From contig CM119263.1 in NCBI GenBank assembly GCA_051294375.1, positions 6,673,645 through 6,737,644 on the forward strand: a stretch of 64,000 bases of DNA, read 5' to 3'. The notes under the pieces were generated by a model that saw only the letters and a program-made list of their open reading frames with translations, was not told where the DNA came from and made no database searches. Position numbers and translations under genes: made by a program. The DNA is from Paraspadella gotoi. Lineage: Eukaryota; Animalia; Chaetognatha. Every line of letters begins with the position of its first letter. The first letter of the stretch is position 1. Shown here piece by piece: positions 1 through 17,941 of this stretch.

Positions 1-181
1 AACATATCCGTCTCTCAATAAAAATCATTGTAATATTATCATTATTAATAATTTTAAAAATACTTTGCTTTCTCTAAAATAAAAAAAACGAAAAGAAAGG
101 ATTATCGCATCATATTAAAAAATAAAAATTACGAACAATGCAAATACTTTACCCTAGACTCCGATCATTTATTTACTTCAG

Positions 182-3162
182 GTCAAGTGGATCCCTGGCG
201 GCTTCTCATGTCCCTTCGATCCGGATTGCTCGCTGAAGCAACGTGGGCCATCGATGTTCTCAACATCATGCTCTACGACGATCAGACGATTGTTTACTTT
301 GGCCTCGCCCATTTGCCCGGCCTCATTGATGTTCTTCTTGATCATTTTCGCAGGTAAGTTGTTTCTTTTGTTAAGCACTTTTAAATCGCACTGAAATCCC
401 AAGGATATTTACATTATACTTATTTTTGTTTTCCCTAGATATTTGAAAGAAATCTTTAACATCGTCGGCGACATGGAGGCGGATTTACCGGAAGACGACG
501 ATGCTGAGCGTGAATCTCGAGAGGGAGATCGTGGGTCGTTGGAGAAGTCGGCAGAGGCCGATGAAGGCTATGTATTTAAAGTGATGGACTCCGAGGAGGA
601 AAACTTTACTTACCGTACGCGGGAGGGGAAGGATGTGAAGGTTGTGAACCGCAAGGAACCCCCCGGCCTCGTCGGTTCTCCCAACGACGACCCGGATTAC
701 TTATGCGAACCAGAACAAGACGTACTCGGCACCACAAACACCGTCGATTCCGACGTAAGCTACATATACACGAGATTCCACTCCGTCACCGACATGAGCT
801 CTTGTCGCCGACAGTTCTTGGGACTGGAAAAAAGCCGGCGCTACACTGCGCAGGTGCCGCCTCAGAAAAAATCGCATGACGCTTCCGCGGTTTCTAAGAA
901 TACAAAGGCAGTAGTGGACTTAAAACCTAAGATCGCTGCAGAATCGGATTCTCCTCCCAACGTTAAACTGGAATCACCGTCGCTGGTCGACGAAAAAACA
1001 ATGCCAACGACGACCTTGATCGATCCGGACAAAGACGACATCGCCGCCGTGTCGGCGATCGTCGATAAAAAAGAAGTGATCGAAACGGAGGATGCGAACA
1101 AGGAAAACCGACGCAGGGAGCCACAAACTCTTAAAAAATCTGGCATCAAAACCACCAACGCCAACGGTGCCGTTTCCAAGTACGCTCCTTGTGCCAACGA
1201 GAGCGACCGAGACATTTTGGAGACGGCAGCTTCGGGCCGCAAGCGCAAAGCCTCTGAATCGGCTAACGCAAAGTCCGAGGGATTAGAGAGTGAGAGCTAC
1301 GTCCGTGACCCGCCCATCTTCAACTACAACTGCGAGGGTCAGGACGAATTGGTCCGGCGCTGCGTCGCGCTCTCAAACGTCTTCCGATCGCTATCCTTCA
1401 TCCCGGGCAACGATCATGAGCTCGGGAAACATTCCGGATTTTTGGGAACGTTGGGGCGGCTTCTCTTACTGCATCACGACCACGCACCAAAGACTGCCAA
1501 TCAGTCGTCTAAGCAGGTACTATAAGTCTAAAATATAACGATATTATAATTTTTAGACTTTATTACGCAGTCACAAGGATTTAATATTTAATTTTGACTT
1601 TGCATTATTCAATGATCTCAAGTTCCCCGCAAGATGACGCCTCCTGAGCCCTTTCCCCTTTTATTTCTACTTTCCATCAGCGCTACGAAAACCTTGCCAT
1701 GGCGGAAGAAGATCTCGCGGTGATCGAGTCCGAAGATTCTCCAGAAAAAGCGGAGAAGGAATGGTGGTGGAGCTGTTTGGACCAACTTCGCGAAAACTTT
1801 TTGGTCATACTGGCTAATATCGCCGGTGCGTTTCAGCTGAACAATCACCCGGAGGAACTTATCATGCCACTTCTCGACGGGATGCTGCACTGGAGCGTCT
1901 GCCCGTCTTCGTACGCCCGCGATCCTCTTCCGACGCTTCCCGCCCACTCGGTTCTTAGCCCCCAGCGCCTCGTCCTCGAGGCTCTGTGCAAGATGTCTAT
2001 TCACGAGTCCAACGTTGATCTATTGCTGGCGACGCCGCCTTTCACGCGGATTGACCGACTCCTGGCCATACTGACGGAGATGCTCTCCAACCGAAGGGAT
2101 CAAGTGACGCGCGAGTTTGCTGTCGTTCTCCTGTCCAACCTTTCGCCCGCCGACTCCTTCATCGGCCGCTGCATCGCCAGCCAGACCGGAAGCGTCTCGC
2201 AATTTATCTCATTCCTCGAGGAGTATGACGCTGTGGCCGCCAATGTGGCCAGCGCCAATGGCATCCACAGTCTGCGCGACAATCCGGAACACACCCTGGG
2301 CACCAGCCTCGATATGCTTCGGCGGATAGGGACGACTCTCGTCAATCTCTCTAGAGTTCCCGAGAACGCAACGATCTTCCAGCAGTTCCAATCTCGCCTG
2401 TTGGATCTCGCGATGAGCCAAGTATTAGATCAGCAGGTGGCAACGCGCATCGCCGAAGTTCTCTTTCAGGTTTCGGAACCACCCCCGCTCGACAGCAGCG
2501 TCACCGGAGTCAGGGTCCGGGCGGAGGCGTCAAAGTCGCAGAGCTCCTTAAGGACCTCTAATTTTCTTCCTGCGACGACGTTCCCTCCTACATCGTCGTC
2601 GTCGTCTTCAAACTCAGAAACAAAACCGACGGCGACGGCGAAAGCGAATTCGTCGGAAAAGGATAAAAAAGCCGAAGAGAAACCCGTCGTTTCTAAAGAC
2701 CTGAAGCCCGAGGAGTCGGTGGCCGATTCCAAGGAATCTCCCGACGAGGCCATGACGACGTCGCAATCCGACAGCGATGCCGAATCGGTCAAAGTGATTA
2801 ACATGGATACGGATTCGCCCGTTAAACCCGATTCCGCGAGCGTCCCAACCTCAGTCGTCGACGCCGCTCCGGCGGAAGCGAAAACGGAGAAGAGCGACGA
2901 CCCTTCTGTGATTCCTCCTCCTCCTTCCACCATTGGTAACGGCGTCTCTTCAAACGCCCCGTCCACTCCGTCTGGAACGGAGGACGAAGACTCTTCTTCC
3001 TCTCAAAGACAAGCCGGTGACGCCCTCTCATCATCGTCCACTCCGTCGTCGTCGTCATCGTCGTTGCCCACGACGACAAAAATCGGCGGCGTGTCACCAA
3101 ACGGTTCCAAAAATACGGCCAATAGCAACGGCACCACGCAGCCTCTCGCCGCAGTCAGTTGA
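182..3162 (+). CDS. ARID1: ARID1A/B (osa/BAF250) SWI/SNF subunit, 3' part; exons ~182-353, 439-1516, 1681-3162; 5' end lies outside the window
   Basis: Translations DPWRLLMSLRSGLLAEATWAIDVLNIMLYDD, RRCVALSNVFRSLSFIPGND, WWWSCLDQLRENFLVILANIAG and LSPQRLVLEALCKMSIHESNVDLLLATPPF match the BAF250_C domain; GT-AG boundaries keep the frame. Confidence 0.95.
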
Positions 3163-4666
3163 AGCCGGAAACTTATGGAAAAATTCTTCCCTCGTATCGA
3201 ATTATCAAATAACCTAATCATTGTTAAGCCATTTTTTTGTTGTTTTCGCTCTATTTCGTCGTCCCGGCCCGTACCAGGGGATTTGATTTAAGTCTATTAT
3301 TACTCAATTCGTCCAATTGTAGACTCGTGTGGAACTATTATTTTTCTCCCTTCACGAGACCAGAGAAGGACTTTTTCCGCGTGGTTGTGGGGGAAAAAGA
3401 ATAGTTTATTTGTCCGATTTTTAAATGTTCTTGACTGTGTCTAGTATTTCTACATTTAATCGTTTTAGCAGCCATGCTTGAGTCCATGATAATTTTTGTT
3501 TCTTGCGTTCGTTCTAATCGTGTTTCAAATATTGATGTTTTTCTCAATAGCCATTTCTTCTCGAAAAAATCATAATGGTTAAAATGTGATGTCATGCGAG
3601 CCCATTTGTATTCTCTAAGTATGTTTGTTACCTCTATTGCAATCATTATAAAGCTTCAGTTCCGATATATGACCCCTCTAAAGCAAATTATTTCTTAACT
3701 TACTCTGATTCATGTAATCATATAGTGAACGGATCTTATTTGCTAGACTTTAAAAAAAAACTCTTTAAAAAAATTAGTATTTCATTAAGCCCAATACTAA
3801 AACTTGACTTTTACCAAGTTTTTTCTATGCAGTATTTTATTCAAGATCTCATTTTCAAGTTATTTAAGAGTTGGACTGTTATTGAAAATGATTCGAACTA
3901 TTATCATTATTATATATATATATATATATATTATATAATGAAGAATGACAAAAGTCAGAATAATTAGAATTTAAGAAGGTTTAAGTGATAAAACTTGTAT
4001 GGTAATTGAGTGAGATCGGAATTTGATATGCTTAGATAGTTGAAAAAAGTTAAGTTGTAAAGTTAAACCTAGAAACCTATAGAAACCTATATTTGTCGCG
4101 TAAAATGGCAAAGAAGTAAAATATGTCAAAATGGTCAACGGGAAAATATGTGCCTAACAATTACAGGCTAAGTAAAGAGTTGATAAAGATGTCTGCTTTA
4201 CCTTTATAGAAATAAAGTATTCTGCTTAATATTTAATGGGAAGGTGACAAGTACTCTATTGAAAAGTAATATGTTGGTTGGTCAGTTATTATATTTATAA
4301 CTTGGAACAAAATTTGTTTGGATAAATGTCATGAAATGGGAAGTTATTTTTTCAAAGAAAAATGGGTTATAACGTTATTGCAATCTTAATATTTTTCTCA
4401 AACACGGTTTTTACAACCTTGTGAAAAGCAGAAGTATAGAGGTATTGAATCTATTAAACTTTTTTCGAAATTAATTTGTTTTTGGCATACTTTCACCGAC
4501 CGGAACCGAACCAGTCAGTTATTTCTTTATTCGCATATTATATTTATTATTATATTTTTTACTAAATTTTACTTTCGCCGACCACAGTTTTGGCGTCTTT
4601 TAAAAAACCACTTAAAAATACTTATTTTTAAAAAAAAATTTAAAAAAAAATATTACTTATTTTAAC

Positions 4667-4722
4667 AACCCTTAACCCTAACCTCTCCATAACCCCTCCC
4701 TAACCCCTAAGTAAAATTAACC
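4667..4722. repeat. degenerate (CCCTAA)n tract; similar tracts at ~7243-7275 and ~35820-35870
   Basis: aacccttaaccctaaacc...ccctaaccctaa. Confidence 0.5.
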
Positions 4723-5057
4723 CTTTTTTCTTTTAAGTTTTATAATTTTACTATTTTATTATTAATAATTACAATTTTTTTAAAAATTTAATTTATATTT
4801 GCTGTTGGGATAAATTTCCGTTTATGTCGCTCCCTCTTTTGTGCACTTAAAAACAAAATTCTATGGTAAAAAATTCATTAGTCTGTGGGATATATTATAT
4901 TGTATTTGAGATTTTAAGCAGGAAAATAAATATCTTAATTTATTCGTTTCTTTATTTTTTTTTTAAATTTTTGTTAGTTACAAAAAATAATTTTGCATAT
5001 TTAGTATTATTTAAAAGTAACGTAATGAGTTTTTGAAAGAACCCTTCCTCGACCTAG

Positions 5058-5479
5058 CGTAACATGGTGTGTTACAGCCTGATACGAAGCTCAGGGACTG
5101 CTTATATTGAACGATTCTGTCACTAATATATAACAATAATTACTGTCTCTTCATTGGTGAGCCCGACTTCCAAACACAACAGCAACAACAACACTTTCAG
5201 GCGACATGCCTCAACCTGGCGATGCACTTTCCGCCAACAACACAGGCGACATGGCTCATCTTGGTGACGAACTTTCCACCAACAACACTTCACTGAAGAG
5301 ACGCAGACTTCTCCCTACCCAAAGGTCCGAGGTTCTAGCCCGTTGGTCGCCTAGCAATTAAGAGGGATGGGGCGCTTAACCCGCCTGTAACATGGTGTTA
5401 CAGCCTGATCCGAAGCTCAGGGACTGCTTATATTGAATGGTTCTGTTACTAACATATAACAATAATTACTGTCTCTTCA
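5058..5479 (+). mobile_element. TRIM-like miniature LTR retroelement (LTRs 5058-5153 and 5386-5479)
   Basis: ~95-bp near-identical direct repeats (T/C)GTAAC...CTTCA; PBS-like TGGTGAGCCCGAC right after the 5' LTR, resembling the tRNA-Trp PBS TGGTGACCCCGAC; purine tract AAGAGGGATGGGG shortly before the 3' LTR; no clear TSD. Confidence 0.8.
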
Positions 5480-6010
5480 GCATATAGAAATTCATACAAT
5501 ACAATCAACAAAATACTAACTAATATTTTTTAAAAATTTTTAAATAAAATTAATCAAAGAAGCAATAATAAACAATTAAATAAATCCACGAAGAATCCAC
5601 TAAGCGTCCACAAACGTTTATTTTAAAGAAGAGTCCCGTTAGAACGTCGAATAAACACAAGAAATGGACATTGAGTCAATATCTCTCTGATTTGGGAGAC
5701 GAAAAGAGCATCTGGACTTTACATTTTATTTAAAATTGATACTTTTTTCGTATATTTTTTATTCGAAATGAAAATTTCGTACATTCGTACACGGCGTTGT
5801 AATTTTCTTATTTCTATCTATCAGTATAACCAATTTTACTGAGACTGTCAAACATATACTGCATAGTTTGTAATGGACGTAGCAAGTACCGACTCAATCT
5901 CTACTTATTTTCAAATTCCTAAATCAAAAAATAATCAAGTCAAATTGGCCATAAGGCTATTTAATATTTATAATTGTTTTAATGAGATAGTTTTCCATAT
6001 CTTGCGCGGG

Positions 6011-7578
6011 TTATGATTGCTTGCTGCCATTGTCGCCTCTTACGTCTCGCTCCCTGGACGATCTCTTCTCATTCCACGGTGATCGGGACGTTCCCCGCGA
6101 AGGGGATCGTCCCCGCGACTTATCGGGATTTCTTTCCCCCGAACGACCGCGATCCGACTCCGATTCCGCGTTGCCTCTTTCTCGAGATCTGACTCTTGGT
6201 GAAACGCTTCTGCTTCGACTTGGTTTGGACCTGTTTTTTCAATCCGTTATTTTAGTTTTCAAAACATTTTTTCTTTAGTTGTTATTTTTTCTTCATTGTG
6301 CTCTACCGTTTTGGTTTTCTGACGCGATTGTACAATTCGCGCTTGAGTTGCGGTGAAATCGGTTTAAGATGCATGAAGTTGCAAAATCCTCCTCTGGTGC
6401 ATTCACTGATTTGTTAATACATAATGTTGCTATAATCTTATATATATATATACCTTATTTATAACCTCATAATTACTTTACCCCATTTCATATTGACGAC
6501 AACAGGCTTCGCGAAAATCTGTCACTGGAGACAACTCTGCATAGATAGGTTGTCCTGCGTACCAACGCTCATTGAGGTCTTTTACCGCTTTGGAGGCGTC
6601 ATCCTCGTAGCGAAACTATACGCAAAAAAGTTTTTCCGTCGCAAGTTATGCAATTTAGTTGACAAAAGTTTGAATTAGAGCAAACAACGATTACTAAATA
6701 TACTATTACTGACCTTGACGTAAACGTTTCCGACTAAATGATCACCTAGATTATCACAAACGTTCATTTCCTCGATTTCCCCATATTTATCTTCCATTTC
6801 AATGAAAATGTCCTCAAAAAAGTCGTCATAGTGCGTTTGCATTTCAATGTCTGAGACAGTGTTGACAGCTGTAATTCAAATTGAATATGAAGTTAATGAA
6901 ATTGTGCTAAATTGTAAGCTGTTTGCGGTCTGTTCATTGTTCGACGCTACTTACGGACAAGGTTTTCAGGAGACTGAACAGCATTTTGCGGGTTGTGGTA
7001 GAAGTTAGCCATCAGAATAGTCTGGAGTATGTGAATAATTCTATAAATATTTAGTGTCTTTTACTGTATGTAATATTTTTTCAAATTAACCCATAATTGA
7101 TAATTGATTAACTCACCTGGGAGAAAGTCGGTTTGTTGTGCAATCTCGAACACGAAGATCCATGACGGCATGCCCCGATTTTGAAGTAAAAAGGGCAATT
7201 GACTCTGTTTTAAGAGTTACAAGTATTATCAATAGTAAATAGCCCTAACCCTAAACCACCCTTAACCCTAACCCCATTAATTTAATAAGCTAGAAAAAAT
7301 AAGAAATGAGAAATTATATATATATTATATATATAAACAAATATACGCAATATATAGTATATATATAGTATATGTATAATATATATTATTATATATTACA
7401 TATATTTGTTTTTATAGTCTCCGATTGTAAGTAACATTGTCATTGACTTAGAAATAAGTGACTGGCCTTATGCCGTTAGAAATTTCATTAGTCAACGCAT
7501 AATAGTTTATTTAAAATTGGTACAAATAACTTACTTATCCTTTTCGGTTCCGAAGATTGACGCAAGATATTCAGCCAT
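6011..7578 (-). CDS. U2AF1: U2 snRNP auxiliary factor small subunit (U2AF35), 7 exons
   Basis: [15 protein letters not shown] / [29 protein letters not shown] / [20 protein letters not shown] / [19 protein letters not shown] / [12 protein letters not shown] followed by an RS-rich tail; not recovered in the ORF track because the exons are short. Confidence 0.97.
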
Positions 7579-8157
7579 TTTTTAAAGTTTAACTTGAACT
7601 TAAGTTGATGGAATTTTTTTCAACGCTTAATATGGAACCATTGGTTTTGTTTTTGGGGCTTTGATGGCCATTTCGTCTGCTCGTGGAATCATCGTTGCAT
7701 TGTAACTTGTTTACTATCTGCTTCTTGTTACATTTTTCCTTTTTTGAATTTTTGGGAAATGAATTCTGCTCCTAAAATAGAGGGCTCTTTTTCAAGATTT
7801 TGCACATGCAATATCTTTCTCATCTCTTTGACTTAGAGAAAAATGTTTTAACTTCATTTTTTTATTTACATTTTTTAAATGAGCTGTAATCGTTTACAAA
7901 CTGTCTTGAATACATATATGAAAATGGTATAACCAACCTTTCAATTTAGTGACAGTTAACATTCTAATCAATCATCTGAAAATTTGCTAATTTGTGTGCA
8001 AGTGAATGAAATTCTTTTGTTACGTATAATATTCCATTATTGTAACTGTAATAATTGTTATTAATTTTATTTCTTTGACAGAAGAAAAATATCAAACTTA
8101 CCCATTATGTGCCTGACGCAAGGACCACTTGGCTAACAAACTAATTCGGTCGGGACG

Positions 8158-9603
8158 ATGGCGACGGCCGCTGACGACGCGCTTGTGAGAAAGAAGCGAG
8201 AATTGTTGCGAGAACTGGAAAAGCTTCGTCGAGAAGCGGCTAAAGCGGAGAGAGAGTGTCGCCTTCAATCTTTTCACCGAAAGGAAGAGTTGGAGTCGCT
8301 CGAACGCGAATCAAAGCAGCTCGCCGGCGAGAGAGACAAGGAGCTTCAAAATATGTCTCGTCAATTGACGGCGACCAAGCTCAACGTGAAGAATTTCAAG
8401 GACACCGTAAAAACCAGAAATCCTTCACCAGCTTTTCTCAATGACGTCAAGGTCAAGATGTTGGAGATAGAAACGTCCATCAGTTCGTTTAAATCCAAAC
8501 AAAAAACGGTCTACGACGAACTGGTTCGATCCGAACTTCAATGCTTCAACGAAATTTCGTCTCTGGAGAAGAAGATGAGTTCGTGGGAACGAAACGCTTC
8601 CTCCGTCGTCGGAGGGGGATCACGGGGCGCCTCCTCGAGAGGCGAAACCTCGGGACCAGACATCGCGAGCGATTTGCCTCCCGCCGTCGCTGCTTTCGAA
8701 AAGTTTCAGCGGCAAACTGGCGGCTCTTGCGGGGGTTGGAACGAGGAAGACCACGCCATCTTCCTCCGCGTACGACAGAAGCACAGGGGAAGGACGCCCG
8801 ACTTTATCGACGAGGCGTTGCCGCTTCTGGCGCCGCGCTCTGTCGACGATCTTCGCGAACATGAAATTTGGTTCCAAGAATTCTCACATGTCTTGGAGGC
8901 AAAGAGGAAAGCCATTGAAGAATGGAAAGATAAGAGAACGCTGCAGCGGAAGGAAGACTGCAACTCGTACCGCGAGACGGAGATCAAAGACGAGGCAGAG
9001 GCTCGCCAGAGAGAGTTGATGAGGCGAAAGGCGGAAGAGCGTGAGAGGATCAAGCGGGAGGCCGAGTTGGCAGCCTGGAAGGTTCGGAAAGAGATCGAGA
9101 AAATTCGCGATCAGGAAGAGTTATTGAAGAAGCGTTTGGAGGAGAAAAAAAAGGAAGAGGCCGAGAGAATTCGAAAGGCGGAACTCAAGGCCAAGGCAGA
9201 GGAATTTTCAAAGGCGAGAGACGAAGCAGAACGTGTCGGGAAAGAGAAAGAGGAGAGACGCCAGAGGGAGGAACGCGCTTGTCGCCAAAAGACTGCCGCG
9301 GAGGAGATACTCAAATTTCAAGAGCGCGATCAGATGACCGTTGCGCAGAGGATCGTTTTCAACAAGGCCCAGGCTGTTCAGGCTGTCGAAAAGGAAGAGA
9401 GGCTAAAAAAGCTTAAGGGAACTGTAGTCGTCGCCGAGCGCGACCCGGAACGACTCGTCAGGCCAACACAAGCGCAAAAGGAGAGGAATAAGACTAGGGA
9501 GGAGGAAGATGCGGCCCGCCAGGAAGGAGTCAGAAATCGCGCTAATATTAACATTCATCAAGTGTCCCATCGAGGAACACCCTCTTGGAGAGCAGGAATT
9601 TGA
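8158..9603 (+). CDS. CCDC112: coiled-coil domain-containing protein 112-like, single coding exon, 481 aa
   Basis: Long ORF of coiled-coil composition with GGWNEEDHAIFLRVRQK, HEIWFQEF, ERDPERLVRPT and C-terminal PSWRAGI, as in CCDC112. Confidence 0.8.
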   Translation: MATAADDALVRKKRELLRELEKLRREAAKAERECRLQSFHRKEELESLERESKQLAGERDKELQNMSRQLTATKLNVKNFKDTVKTRNPSPAFLNDVKVKMLEIETSISSFKSKQKTVYDELVRSELQCFNEISSLEKKMSSWERNASSVVGGGSRGASSRGETSGPDIASDLPPAVAAFEKFQRQTGGSCGGWNEEDHAIFLRVRQKHRGRTPDFIDEALPLLAPRSVDDLREHEIWFQEFSHVLEAKRKAIEEWKDKRTLQRKEDCNSYRETEIKDEAEARQRELMRRKAEERERIKREAELAAWKVRKEIEKIRDQEELLKKRLEEKKKEEAERIRKAELKAKAEEFSKARDEAERVGKEKEERRQREERACRQKTAAEEILKFQERDQMTVAQRIVFNKAQAVQAVEKEERLKKLKGTVVVAERDPERLVRPTQAQKERNKTREEEDAARQEGVRNRANINIHQVSHRGTPSWRAGI

Positions 9604-9736
9604 GAATTTGAATAGCACCTGTGCTGCCTTAATTATTTACATTCCGTCCATGCAGTATTTATGTTTATACATACTATATATATTAATTTTTGATGATAGC
9701 TTAACTATGTTTTTATACTGTCTTTTGTGTTGAAGG

Positions 9737-10379
9737 ATGTCATTGACGTTGCACACCGACGTCGGAGACGTTAAGCTGGAATTACACTGCGATCTCTGTC
9801 CAAGGAGTTGCAAAAATTTTTTGGCTTTGTGCGCTAGCGGTTACTATGACGACTCATTGGTTCATAGAAACATTAAAGAGTTCATGGTGCAAATGGGTGA
9901 CCCAACGGGAACAGGGAAAGGTGGCGAGTCCATATGGGGAGGCCATTTTGACGATGAATTTGTGGATACATTGAAGGTAATGATTTTTATCAACAAGTTT
10001 TAACGGGTTGACTTTATGTGGCTATGTGTGATTCTAAAATTGATTGTTTAGCACAACACTCGTGGGATCTTGTCCATGGCTAATAACGGACCAAATACGA
10101 ACGGATCTCAATTTTTCATCACTTACGGCAAGCAACCTCATTTGGACAACAAGTGCGTTATTCGATAATCGAGTTTTATCATTATCAATATTATAATATT
10201 ATAATAATTATAATAATGACTCTAGGTACACCATCTTTGGCAAAGTCATCGACGGATGGGACACCATCGACGAGTTAGAAAAAATCCCAGTTCAGGAGAA
10301 AAACTATCGCCCTCTGACGGAAATCAGAATACGCGATGTTACGATTCACGCTAACCCAATCGCCGATGCCCTTGATTAA
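9737..10379 (+). CDS. PPIL3: peptidyl-prolyl isomerase-like 3 (spliceosomal cyclophilin), 3 exons
   Basis: [79 protein letters not shown]. Confidence 0.95.
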
Positions 10380-10537
10380 ATTTTTTCCTTTTGTCCTTTT
10401 TGCACCTTTTTTAAACTTTTCTTATATTCTGTTGTTTTTTCGTTTTTACACGAAATTTTCTTGTTACATAATTTTTAGCATAAAAAAGAATAAACAATAC
10501 GTGGTGACGCTTTGTTTTTTTTTTTTGTCGGCTTTAA

Positions 10538-15278
<4,741 letters not shown>

Positions 15279-15508
15279 TTAATATATATATTTGTTAAAT
15301 CCGGGTTAAAACACTAAAAAATAAAGAAAGCTTTTTGATTTGCGGCGTTTCGAAATAGACTCGTATATAATTTTTATCTGATTGCTTTGCTTTGTTATTT
15401 TCCCGCTGCAGTTTGAAATGTACATTCTCGACTTTTAAGGTTGTATTTATCGAATGTAGGATATTTTCTTATTCATCTGACTGGAATAATCTTGGGTCCA
15501 CTCCCGAA

Positions 15509-17879
15509 ATGCCGACACTCCGAACGGCTATTATCGGCGCTGGTGCGGCGGGCCTGGCGACCGCGAGAAACTTATTGCCATCTTTGAACCGCGATAATTC
15601 GTCGCGAGAAAATGTTACTTTCGACATTTCTGTGTTCGAGCTCGCCAACAAAGTAGGCGGCACATGGATTTACAACGCAAAAACCGGCCTCGACGAGAAC
15701 GGAATTCAAGTATTTTCGAGTCCGTGAAGATAAGCGAAGCCTTTGAAGTTATAAACCGATATTTACATAATTAAGATTTAAATGTACCTTCGATTGATTT
15801 ACATAGGTATGTACAAGAACTTGAGAACGAATCTACCAAAAGAAGTTATGGCTTTTCCAGATTTTCCATTTTCACTTTCTAAAACGCAGGCTTCTTTTAT
15901 CAGTCACGAGGTGAACGCGAAATTACATTTTAACGTGATAGGCTCGGTTTTATATTCACCTTGAAAAGTTTCTTAGGAAGTTTTGGAATATTTGGAGGAA
16001 TACGCCAAAAATTTCGATTTACTAAAATTAGTTGAATTTAACACTATAGTGGAGAGCGTAGAGCCTTTCCAAAATGATGACGGAGTAGAGAAATGGCGAG
16101 TGAAGACGAGAAGAGTGGATGACGATTCGGTAGGAGTTCTAATCGGATTTGTTATCAGTTTCCATTCGAATTCGAAAAAAATAATACGTACTTTTTCTTC
16201 CCAAGCAAGGCTACGAGTCCGTGTTTGACATTGTAATCATATGCACCGGGCACTATTCCATACCGCACTTTCCAAAAATTAAAGGAATAGACATTTTCAA
16301 GGGAACTGTGAAACATAGTCACGATTACCGTGAAAATCATGGATACGCGGGACGTAGAGTGGCTTTGTTGGGTGCCCGATCTTCTGGTCTGGATATAGGC
16401 TTAGAAATTGCTGGAAAAGCGGAAAAAGTAAGCATATTCTCTTTGTCTCATATGGTAAACTTTTGAGTGCTGTTTTTCAACCCGAAAGGTGTATTTATGC
16501 GCCCATAAATTTGAGGACGAATGGGAGTTTCCAGAAAATATGGAAACCTGCCTCGCATCCATTGACTCCATGTTCGAAGATGGAATCCAATTAAGCGATG
16601 GACGAAAAATAACCGTGGATACCCTGATGTTTTGCACGGGTCTGGCTGGAAAAGTTACAAAATTCGAATATGGTCCAATTTTTTAATTTAGTCGTTCGTT
16701 TTGGTAGGTTACCTTTATTCCTTTCCTTTTTTGAGCAAAGATGTGAAAGTAACGGTCGCCAACGGGCGAATCACTCCACTCTACAAGCACCTCATTTCAA
16801 TTTCGCATCCGACCCTCTCTTTCGTGGGCATCTGTGGGATTATTTCGCCCTTTCCTAATTTTCATTACCAATCGATGTTCCTGCGTCGAGTCTTGGAGGC
16901 ATCCTTTAAACTTCCTTCTAAGGAAGAAATGCTGAGGGACGAAGAAGAGGACTTTAGGTTCAGGTGAGAAGCGTCACTCTAGTGAAGATCAAATTCTTAC
17001 GTATTTTCGATTTTACAAGGGAATGGTTTTTAGCCGGATCTGCTTACAGCAGATATCGGCTCTATAATCCACTTTGTCGGTCCGTCGGTCCCACCCCAAA
17101 ATCTTGTCGGTAAGTCACTTACATCATCTCAAAATAACGAATTATGATAAATTACGGTAATAACCTTTCTTTTTTCGTTGTATGTATTTAGAGGCAAAAA
17201 AAGTCAAAATGGTTTGAATTTTTTATTTTCATAGAAAAACGTACATGTTTCGGCTTTGGATGCAAGCCTTCTTCAGCATCATTGATTTGTGAAATTTTGG
17301 ACAGTTTTTGTGTGAAAGTGTAAGAGATACATTCTTAGAATAATACTAAATGAGATTGAGATTTCATCAATCTCATTTGCATATAGTAGTAAATCATTTT
17401 AAGTCCAATTGATTTTTGTACTGTAATATTTTTAGGCATATATTTGGATTTTATATTACTTTTCTATATTGTTTAGTAGTTTAATTGATTCATGGATAAT
17501 TTTGTCATGATTTGATAGATTAGTTATGTCATTAATGATTGAGAGTTTATCTCTATCCTGGCTGACCTTTTCATAACACATAAATACTTTATTATTCAAA
17601 GGTGAAATCAATGGTCAGCTTGGATCAAGGGAAGTACTCTCATGTTAGAGTCCCATATCTCTGAAGTCCTTGCTCAATGTATTAAGTGTTGAATAGTTGT
17701 ATTAAATAAACAATAATTATAATAATAAAGATAAATTATGTTTCTATTTGTATTTAGTTATTTAGCTATTGTAATAAATCTCAGGTAAACTAGAAAGGCA
17801 GCGCGAGCACTATCACTGAAGATATAAGTAACAAATAATATATAATTCATAACCTGAGTCCCACTCCTATAAAAGAAGG

Positions 17880-17941
<62 letters not shown>

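Noticed and set aside
862-3221. Antisense ORFs over ARID1, with similar ones over CCDC112, CDC5L, RPL5 and SoxB
   Set aside because: Shadow frames of GC-rich coding sequence
4667-4722. Telomere or chromosome fusion scar
   Set aside because: Too short and degenerate; similar tracts recur inside introns, so more likely part of dispersed repeats
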